Source: Vulcanimicrobiota bacterium (GTDB taxonomy: Bacteria > Vulcanimicrobiota > Vulcanimicrobiia > Vulcanimicrobiales > Vulcanimicrobiaceae). From it: a DNA stretch of 13,382 nucleotides. Positions 7,311-13,382 of the stretch are shown piece by piece (positions within the stretch are counted from its first letter, which is position 1; the number at the start of each line of letters is the position of its first letter). Location of the stretch: assembly GCA_003133025.1 (NCBI GenBank), contig PKZK01000188.1, forward strand, positions 1 to 13,382, given 5' to 3'. Below the pieces are notes generated by a model, which had not been told where the DNA came from, searched no databases, and saw only the letters and a list, made by a program, of their open reading frames with translations. The position numbers were made by a program, and so were the translations under genes.

Positions 7311-7334
7311 TCGGCTCGATTCGCGTCGCATGCT

Positions 7335-7367
7335 GAGGCCCGGTGCTCGGTTGAGCGCCGGGCTTTC
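7335..7367 (+). terminator. Intrinsic terminator
   Basis: GAGGCCCGGTGCTC-GGTT-GAGCGCCGGGCTTTC, about 25 nt after the stop. G-U pairs form only on the + strand. Short U-run. Confidence 0.65.
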
Positions 7368-7437
7368 AATCGTGTGGCCGACGGACGTGGGGACCGGCCG
7401 CTACAGGGCCGCTTAGCCGGGTCGCGTATAACCCACT

Positions 7438-8550
7438 ATGCACGTGTCGCGAGACGGTGGGCTAGACGAGCACAGCGCGGCCTTTTTCTATACCCTCGCC
7501 GAGATGATTCCGCAGATGGTATGGACGAAAAATGCCGATGGTGTGAACGATTATTGCAATCGCCGCTTCCGCGAGTATATGAACCTCACGATAGATGAAT
7601 TTGCGAACAACTCGTGGATCGTCTGTCATCCCGAAGACGCAGCTCGCGGCCAAGCGGTTTGGGGCGAAGCCCGCCGAAACGGTTCCGCATACGAAGTCGA
7701 GTTGCGCTTGCGCCCGAAGGATAAAGCCGAGTATCGCTGGTTTCTGGTGCGCGCCGTGCCCTATCGGGACGATTCGGGGCGCGTGGTCAAGTGGTTCGGC
7801 AGCACGACCGACATCGATGTGCAGAAACGGTACATGGAAGAGCAGGAGAGGATCGTCCGCGTGCTGGTCGATCTGCTCTCGCCGGACGATTTGCCCGTTC
7901 TCGAGCACGTTCGACTCGATGCCGCGTACGTGCCGGCGGAAAACGTCGCCGCCGTCGGCGGCGACTTCTATACGGCGCTGATCTTGCCCGATGGCCGGCT
8001 GCTCTTCGCGATCGGCGACGTTGCCGGACACGGCATCTCTGCGGCCGTGATGATGGAGCGGGTTCGGAGCGCGATCGTCACCGCGTCGGTCGGCCACGAA
8101 AATCCCGCGGACGTTCTCGCGCAGGTCAACCGCGTGCTGGCACTCCGGCACGGGCTGCCCTTCGTGACGGCGCTGCTCGGCTTTCTCGATCCCGAAAGCG
8201 GGAGATTTACCTATTCCTGCGCCGGGCATCCCGGCCCGGTGCTCGTCAACGCGCGAGGAGAGGCCCGCCTCCTCGATCACGGCGGGTTGCCGCTCGGCGT
8301 GAGCGACGAGCCCGGCTTCCCCACCTTCGACGGCTCGCTGCGCAGCGGCGAAGCTCTGGTGCTGTATACCGACGGCATCACGGAATTCCGTCGCGATATC
8401 GATGCCGGTCAGGAGCTCTTGCTTTCAGCCGCGGCCCGCTGCTGCATTGCCGCCGAGAAGTTTCCCGCCCAGTCGATTCGGCGCGACGTCCTCGGGGAGA
8501 AGGAGCCGCGGGACGACATCGCCCTCTTGACGATCACCTCTACGCGCTAG
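7438..8550 (+). CDS. PAS/PAC domain + PP2C (SpoIIE/RsbU-type) serine phosphatase
   Basis: PAS/PAC: LAEMIPQMVWTKNADGVNDYCNRRF, CHPED, YEVELRLR, YRWFLVRAVPYRDDSGRVVKWFGSTTDID. PP2C: VGGDFY, IGDVAGHGISAA, FVTALLG, CAGHPGP, LPLGV, LYTDGITE, RDDIALL, with the metal-binding Asp motifs intact. Confidence 0.95.
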   Translation: MHVSRDGGLDEHSAAFFYTLAEMIPQMVWTKNADGVNDYCNRRFREYMNLTIDEFANNSWIVCHPEDAARGQAVWGEARRNGSAYEVELRLRPKDKAEYRWFLVRAVPYRDDSGRVVKWFGSTTDIDVQKRYMEEQERIVRVLVDLLSPDDLPVLEHVRLDAAYVPAENVAAVGGDFYTALILPDGRLLFAIGDVAGHGISAAVMMERVRSAIVTASVGHENPADVLAQVNRVLALRHGLPFVTALLGFLDPESGRFTYSCAGHPGPVLVNARGEARLLDHGGLPLGVSDEPGFPTFDGSLRSGEALVLYTDGITEFRRDIDAGQELLLSAAARCCIAAEKFPAQSIRRDVLGEKEPRDDIALLTITSTR

Positions 8551-9226
8551 GCTCGGGTCCGGCGATGCGGATGCCGGCCTCCGTGGCAAAGAGGTCGGCA
8601 TTGTCGACGATGTCGTTCCACTCCATCGCGATGCCGCGCAGGTCGGCGATGCCGCGCAGCCCGCGCAACGTGCAGCGCCGCATCTCGGAATCGATCACGC
8701 GCGTTCCGGCCAGCGTTACGCCGGTGAGGTCGCAATCGAGAAACTGCACCCGGTCGAGCGTCGCTCCGACGAAGACCGCCTCGCGCAACACGCAGCCGCG
8801 GAAGGTGACGTGGGTGAACTTCACCGCGTCGAACGAAGCCAGGTCGATGCGGCAGTCGGTGAACTCCACCTGCGTGAAGCGACTCTTCAGCGCATAACTG
8901 CCGGTGAGCTTGCACTGCACGAAGGTGGTGCGCTCGAACGATGAGTCTTTGCGCTTCGTGCTCGAGAGATTGCAGTTCGTAAACGCTACGTCGGAGACGC
9001 GCGCGTTCGTCAACACGCTGTCCGATAGATTGACCCTATTCAGCCTGGCGCCCGCAATCGCGAGATTCCCGGCCTCCGCACCCGCCAATTGTGCGCCGTC
9101 GACGGCAATCTCCGAAAGGGTTGCGTCGTCGCGCACGTCCTCGAGGTAGAGCGCGACCTCGGTGAATTCCTCAGGCAGTTGGGGCTGCTGCTTCGCCCCG
9201 GGACCAGACCGCGGGTTGCGGGCCAC
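8540..9226 (-). CDS. Pentapeptide repeat protein (MfpA/Qnr-like architecture)
   Basis: Continuous five-residue periodicity (ARLNR VNLSD SVLTN ARVSD VAFTN CNLSS ... VEFTD CRIDL ASFDA VKFTH VTFRG CVLRE AVFVG ATLDR VQFLD CDLTG) and C-terminal LRGIAMEWNDIVDNADLFATEAGIRI helix. GTG start is 3 nt after the upstream stop. 3' end overlaps the convergent phosphatase by 11 nt. Confidence 0.92.
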   Translation of the reverse strand: MARNPRSGPGAKQQPQLPEEFTEVALYLEDVRDDATLSEIAVDGAQLAGAEAGNLAIAGARLNRVNLSDSVLTNARVSDVAFTNCNLSSTKRKDSSFERTTFVQCKLTGSYALKSRFTQVEFTDCRIDLASFDAVKFTHVTFRGCVLREAVFVGATLDRVQFLDCDLTGVTLAGTRVIDSEMRRCTLRGLRGIADLRGIAMEWNDIVDNADLFATEAGIRIAGPEPSA

Positions 9227-9229
9227 GAC

Positions 9230-9979
9230 TCAACGGATCGAGAGGCTGAGCGCGTAGTGGGTCTCGACCGTGTCGTCGTCGCCCGAACCCTCGACGCCGA
9301 TCCGATAGTCTCCCGTGCGCCGCAGGGTGCCCTGCCAGATGCCTCCGATTACGGTGACCGGTTGCCGCTCTCCCAACCAGAACGTGATCGCCGGAGCCGG
9401 GCCCGAGTGCTGCCCGAGCGCGATCGAAACGTGCTGACCGGCGCGCGCATTGAAGACGTAGTCGTCGCCGAAGTTGATCGCGGCGCTTCCGCGTAGGGTC
9501 GTTCCGTACGAACCGGGCGAGAATCGGACACGCACCTCAGCCGGGCGCCGTCGGCCCAGTGGCACGTCGTATCGCGTCGTGCCGGCCATCGAGAAGATGA
9601 AGCGCGCGCCGTTCCAAACGTAGGCGGATTCGTACACGACTTGGGTCGACTCGTGCGTCGGCAACACGACCGAGCCGTCGCGGTTGACGCTCTCGAGTCC
9701 GGGTATCGTGACGGCGTCGAGCACGCGGCGATAGCCGCGTGCAGTGCGCTGGTAGATCAGAATGCGTGTCGACTGCCCGAAGGCAAGGCACGGATCACTC
9801 GCCACGGCCACCGTCAGCCGTTCTCCACCTCGTAGGGTGATGTTGCGGAGGCTAAACGCGCCTGCAACGTATGCCGGTGCGGTTTTTCCGGACTCGGCGG
9901 CACACGCGGCAATCTGCCGGTCGCCGAGCAAGGCGCCGGCGAGGCCGGCCGCCGCGAGGCCTAAGGCTGGGAGGGCCAC
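9230..9979 (-). CDS. Probable exported protein with C-terminal PliG-like/PPC-like beta-sandwich domain (249 aa)
   Basis: 3' part of ORF 9230..10639. GTG at 9979 has GGAG 5 nt upstream and gives a hydrophobic N-terminus (MALPALGLAAAGLAGALLG). C-terminal VRFSPGSYGTTLRG...DDYVFNARAGQHVSI...WQGTLRRTGDYRIGV...YALSLSIR matches the PliG-type pattern. Start is uncertain. Confidence 0.75.
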   Translation of the reverse strand: MALPALGLAAAGLAGALLGDRQIAACAAESGKTAPAYVAGAFSLRNITLRGGERLTVAVASDPCLAFGQSTRILIYQRTARGYRRVLDAVTIPGLESVNRDGSVVLPTHESTQVVYESAYVWNGARFIFSMAGTTRYDVPLGRRRPAEVRVRFSPGSYGTTLRGSAAINFGDDYVFNARAGQHVSIALGQHSGPAPAITFWLGERQPVTVIGGIWQGTLRRTGDYRIGVEGSGDDDTVETHYALSLSIR

Positions 9980-10093
9980 GTCGTCTCCGCTACCGGAACG
10001 CAGGTAGGGTTTCCCCCCATGTCCCGGCGGCCGCTTCTCGGAGTAGAGTGGCTGCAGTGGGCGAATTGCGCCCGCGGTACTGGGGGAGTAGTG

Positions 10094-10501
10094 ATGAAGG
10101 TTTCGACGGCGCTTCGCTATGGAAGCGCTCTTGCCGGTTTGGTCCTCGCCGTATCGTCTTCGGTTGCGGCCGAAGCTGCCGTCTTCGGTGGCGTGTGGAC
10201 GGTGAGTGCCTCGCTCGGACATCCCGTGGTCGAGACGACCGCGCCGACCTGCGTGTTCAAGCAGTCCGGCGGAAAGATCTCGGGCACGTGCAAGGGTCCG
10301 AGCGCGGCCGGACCGGCGGTGGGCTCGGTCAGCGGAAACGCCGTGCTGTGGTCGTGGCACAAGATCCCGACGAATCGGCTCCAAGTCAACAGCATCGCGA
10401 CGTACCACGGCACGTTCGCCGGCGGCGTCATCCGGGGCACGTGGACCGACACCGCAGATCCGGGCATCCTCGGCACGTTCGTCGGTCAGCGAGTACCGTA
10501 G
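10094..10501 (+). CDS. Small secreted beta-rich hypothetical protein (135 aa)
   Basis: ATG 10094 with GGAG SD. Signal peptide MKVSTALRYGSALAGLVLAVSSSVAAEA. Mature part FGGVWTVS...CVFKQSGGKISGTC...YHGTFAGGVIRGTW...GTFVGQR has a Cys pair and resembles small avidin/lipocalin-like barrels (inference). Confidence 0.8.
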   Translation: MKVSTALRYGSALAGLVLAVSSSVAAEAAVFGGVWTVSASLGHPVVETTAPTCVFKQSGGKISGTCKGPSAAGPAVGSVSGNAVLWSWHKIPTNRLQVNSIATYHGTFAGGVIRGTWTDTADPGILGTFVGQRVP

Positions 10502-10507
10502 CGGCGG

Positions 10508-11200
10508 GTGGTTACGGCGAATCGGACGTGGGGCTACGCGGCGCTCAGCAAGATCGCGATCGGCGTCGTCGCAGCATTCATGTTCGGATTCGCCGCACTG
10601 CTCTTCAGCCTGCCCTCGCAAGGCATCAGTAAGGACCACTCCGCCGACTGGATGGTCTACCTCACCGGGGTGATTTTAGCAGGCTTCGGCATATTCGTGA
10701 GCGTTGGGCTGTCCGTGGCGTTGCGGACGCGGATCAGCATCGACGCGCGCGATTTGAACGCGACGTTCCCCGATCACCACAATTGGCTGCTCGTGCCGAG
10801 CTTTCGTTCGGTCCGAATTCCGCTGACGGACATTCACTCGGTCGAACTGCGCGAGGAGATCTTCAAGACCTTCGGCTTGAGCAACTCGCGCGTCGCACTG
10901 TCCATCGTCACCGCCTCCGGCGAACGCATCGGGCTCGGCAACGCGACGAACGGCTCGGCGAGCACGCTTCCGGTCGACGACATTGCGGCCGGCATAGCGG
11001 CCGCCGCGGGTCTGCCGATCACCGACGACGGCACCGTTTTCAGCAAAGTGCCCGGCCTGTACGGCGTGGCCGCCTCCACCTGGAGCGAGCCGCGGCTCGA
11101 CGAGAAGACCGCGGGCGAAGCGCGGCGCACGATCGTGCGCACGATGCAAATCGTCGTCGGCCTCATGCTGCTTGGTTTCGTGCTGCGAGCATGTCTCTGA
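10508..11200 (+). CDS. Membrane protein with two N-terminal TM helices, a possible bacterial PH-like domain and a C-terminal TM helix
   Basis: Hydrophobic segments IAIGVVAAFMFGFAALLFSL, WMVYLTGVILAGFGIFVSVGLSVAL and IVVGLMLLGFVL. RISIDARDL...RIPLTDIHSVELR...LSIVTASGERIGLG is bPH-like. GTG start is 6 nt after the upstream stop, suggesting an operon. Confidence 0.75.
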   Translation: MVTANRTWGYAALSKIAIGVVAAFMFGFAALLFSLPSQGISKDHSADWMVYLTGVILAGFGIFVSVGLSVALRTRISIDARDLNATFPDHHNWLLVPSFRSVRIPLTDIHSVELREEIFKTFGLSNSRVALSIVTASGERIGLGNATNGSASTLPVDDIAAGIAAAAGLPITDDGTVFSKVPGLYGVAASTWSEPRLDEKTAGEARRTIVRTMQIVVGLMLLGFVLRACL

Positions 11201-11328
11201 GGAAGACGAGCCCTTGGCGAAATTGCTCCTCATCGTCCATGAATACCGCATGAAAGCGCACCTCGGCGCGTAGGGCCGAGCGAGAACGTACAAGAAGCGA
11301 GCCCAACCCCCGGGCCCCGAGGTTGGAC

Positions 11329-12726
11329 ATGAAGAGACTTGCTTGCACGGTCGCCGGCATTGCCGCTTGCTCAGTGCTGAGTGCGTGTTCCGGAGCGAGT
11401 TCCATGCTGTCGGGCATGGGCGGCATCGGCGGCACGAGCGCGCAACCCTCGACGATCGGTCAGAGCCTCCCCGCAGCCGGCTCGGGTGCGGTGACGAGCG
11501 CGACTTCGAGCACGGCCATAACGCCCGGCGGTACGGTCGGGAGTTCCGTCAATAACGCTGCGCCGCGCACGAACGAAGCGGTGGCTGCGAACGCGTCCGC
11601 CACCGCGCCCGCGAACGCGTCGGCCGTTGCAAGCGCAGTCTCGGGTCCGGTATCGAATCCTTACCCGTTCGCCCAGGGCGATTCGTTTCAGTACGCATAT
11701 GCCGCGTCGCGCTCGTCGGAACGCGTCGGAAAACCGCTGAACAAAACGACGACCAGCGGGACGCTCGTTACGACGATCGGCGGCATGGTGAGCTTCGGCG
11801 GCCAACAGCTGGTCGATGTGAAGCAAGTGCTGAGCTATACCGACGCCGACGCTTCGCAGAAGACGACCGCCGCCGGCACGACGTCCTCGGATCGATACGA
11901 AACCTTCGCACAAGCGGGCAACGGTGGTCTGCTCTACCAGACCTACGGCGGCGCAATTTCGGGCAAATCGAGCAACTCGGCGGGCGACTCGCTCGTGAGT
12001 GCCTCGACGACGACCTACGCGGGTCCCTACGTCCTGGATCAACTCCCGGAAGCCAAGAAGGCGACCTGGAACGATCTGCTCGGGTACACGCTGACGGCGC
12101 AAACGCAGGCGACGGCAAGCGGCCTCACGACCACCGGGCAGTCCACCTACACGCGCAACGCCGATGGTTCGTATACGCGCTCGACGACGCATACGCCGGC
12201 CGGTGGTGCGACGCTCACGCTCGCGGAGTCGCAGTCGGCGGGTGGTAGCGGTCAAGAGCAGAGCAGCGGCAATCAGGCGACGGCCGCCACCACCACATTC
12301 TCCGCACCCGCCCAAGTCAACGGCGCCTACGTTATCACGGTCGTCCGCACGCCCGCTTCCGGTGCGGCCGTCACGACGACGGTACCCGACTGGTTCCCCG
12401 GCAACGCCGCTGCGCCGCCGCTTGCGACCGACCAGCGCATCGACCTCGGTCAGACGGCCGTGCCCGCGAAGTGCGGCTCTACCGCGGGTCAAAATGCAAT
12501 GAAGCTCCGTGAACTGATGACCGAACTCGACGTGGTGCGCGGTACCTACAGTTCCGAGGTGGTCGATTCGTTCGTCGTGGCGGGTGAGGGCGTGGTCTGC
12601 ATCGACCACCAGCGTCTGACCCAAGCCTACGATAATCGCGCGACGGGCAAACTCGTCTCCGTCGAGCGCTTCAACGAAACGATCGGCCTGAGCGGCGAAA
12701 CGCTCAAACAGGCTCGCGCGAAGTAG
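11329..12726 (+). CDS. Large Ser/Thr-rich lipoprotein of unknown function (465 aa)
   Basis: MKRLACTVAGIAACSVLSA-C lipobox and SD GAGGT at 11319-11323. A ~90-aa Ala/Ser/Thr/Gly linker precedes a Thr/Tyr-rich beta-strand region with two C-terminal Cys. Confidence 0.85.
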   Translation: MKRLACTVAGIAACSVLSACSGASSMLSGMGGIGGTSAQPSTIGQSLPAAGSGAVTSATSSTAITPGGTVGSSVNNAAPRTNEAVAANASATAPANASAVASAVSGPVSNPYPFAQGDSFQYAYAASRSSERVGKPLNKTTTSGTLVTTIGGMVSFGGQQLVDVKQVLSYTDADASQKTTAAGTTSSDRYETFAQAGNGGLLYQTYGGAISGKSSNSAGDSLVSASTTTYAGPYVLDQLPEAKKATWNDLLGYTLTAQTQATASGLTTTGQSTYTRNADGSYTRSTTHTPAGGATLTLAESQSAGGSGQEQSSGNQATAATTTFSAPAQVNGAYVITVVRTPASGAAVTTTVPDWFPGNAAAPPLATDQRIDLGQTAVPAKCGSTAGQNAMKLRELMTELDVVRGTYSSEVVDSFVVAGEGVVCIDHQRLTQAYDNRATGKLVSVERFNETIGLSGETLKQARAK

Positions 12727-13382
12727 CGCGCTTTGGGCTTTGTTCCCTGAGCACGCGATCCATCGAGAAGGCGATCAGCGGATCTTTCGCGGGAGGCGGC
12801 AATTGCGAGAAGGCGAGTTGCAGCCAGATGTCGTCGCCCACCGTGTAGCGGGCGCGCGGCGAGCGCGCGGTGAGCGCGCGGCAAATGATCGCCGCGCAAC
12901 GCTCGGGTGCCGGCGCGCGAGCGCCGATGACATCCATGGCACGTTCCACGATGCGTTGCGCGATGCCGTAGCGTAGCGCCACGTGGGCTTCGGTCCGGGC
13001 CGTGTCGAGGCACTCCGGCGGCGTCTTTTTTTGCCAAATCGACGTCGCAAAGGCACCCGGTTCGATCAACGAGACGCGCACGCCGAAGCCGCGCTGCTCC
13101 AAGCGCAGCGACTCGACCATCGCGCGCACTGCGTGTTTGGAAGCGGCGTAGACGCCGTTGAAGGGCCACGCGACGCGGCCCGAGATCGATCCGACGACGA
13201 TGACCCGGCCCCGGGCGGCGCGCACCAGCGGCAGGAACGCTTTCGTAACCGCAAACACGCCCACGACGTTGACCTCGAACTGACGGCGGACGGCCTGTAC
13301 GGTGAGGCTCTCGACCGGCGCATGATAGACGATGCCGGCATTATTGACGAGCCCCTCGAGCCTGCCGCCCGTCCGTGCTGCA
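12704..13382 (-). CDS. Classical SDR family oxidoreductase (17beta-HSD/retinol dehydrogenase-like); 5' end outside window
   Basis: The frame of ORF 12704..13264 stays open to the right edge: GRLEGLVNNAGI, RRQFEVNVVG, VGSISG (catalytic Ser), YAASK (YxxxK), VSLIEPG, PRARYTVG. 3' end overlaps the convergent lipoprotein by 23 nt. Confidence 0.95.
   Translation of the reverse strand, partial: AARTGGRLEGLVNNAGIVYHAPVESLTVQAVRRQFEVNVVGVFAVTKAFLPLVRAARGRVIVVGSISGRVAWPFNGVYAASKHAVRAMVESLRLEQRGFGVRVSLIEPGAFATSIWQKKTPPECLDTARTEAHVALRYGIAQRIVERAMDVIGARAPAPERCAAIICRALTARSPRARYTVGDDIWLQLAFSQLPPPAKDPLIAFSMDRVLREQSPKRATSREPV

Noticed and set aside
9980..10639. N-terminal 220-aa extension of ORF 9230..10639
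   Set aside because: Overlaps two credible + strand genes. An internal GTG at 9979 has an SD and a hydrophobic leader.
7462..12624. ORFs 7462..8280 (-), 7791..8897 (+), 9871..10632 (+) and 11371..12624 (-)
   Set aside because: Shadows of the phosphatase, the small secreted gene and the lipoprotein, with no independent coding signal.
8540..12726. Convergent 3' overlaps (8540-8550 and 12704-12726) as antisense regulation
   Set aside because: Short tail-to-tail overlaps are common in compact GC-rich genomes, and nothing else supports a regulatory role.

Overview
GC-rich bacterial chromosomal window with 14 supportable protein-coding genes. I found no rRNA, tRNA, CRISPR array or mobile element. 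In order: 5' part of an Lhr-type DEAH helicase (minus strand, runs off the left edge, absent from the ORF track); a secreted hypothetical; a Uma2 endonuclease; a plant-SABATH-like SAM-dependent carboxyl methyltransferase; a KGG/GsiB-like hydrophilin fused to a His-rich module; two divergent secreted repeat (probable beta-propeller) proteins; a small secreted OB-fold-like protein; a PAS-PP2C (RsbU/RsbP-type) phosphatase; an MfpA/Qnr-like pentapeptide repeat protein downstream of a secreted PliG-like-domain protein; a small secreted protein; a membrane protein; a large lipoprotein; and the 3' part of an SDR oxidoreductase. The most coherent unannotated signal is a recurring SigB/SigF-type promoter motif (GTTY-N15/16-GGGTAW) before apparently leaderless secreted-protein genes, in a window that also holds a KGG stress gene and a PAS-PP2C phosphatase. 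This suggests a general-stress regulon. Several intergenic regions carry notable predicted RNA structures. The hypothetical families recall Candidatus Eremiobacterota (Vulcanimicrobiota), but that is a tentative impression. I do not see a clearly novel multi-gene system; the findings are leads.
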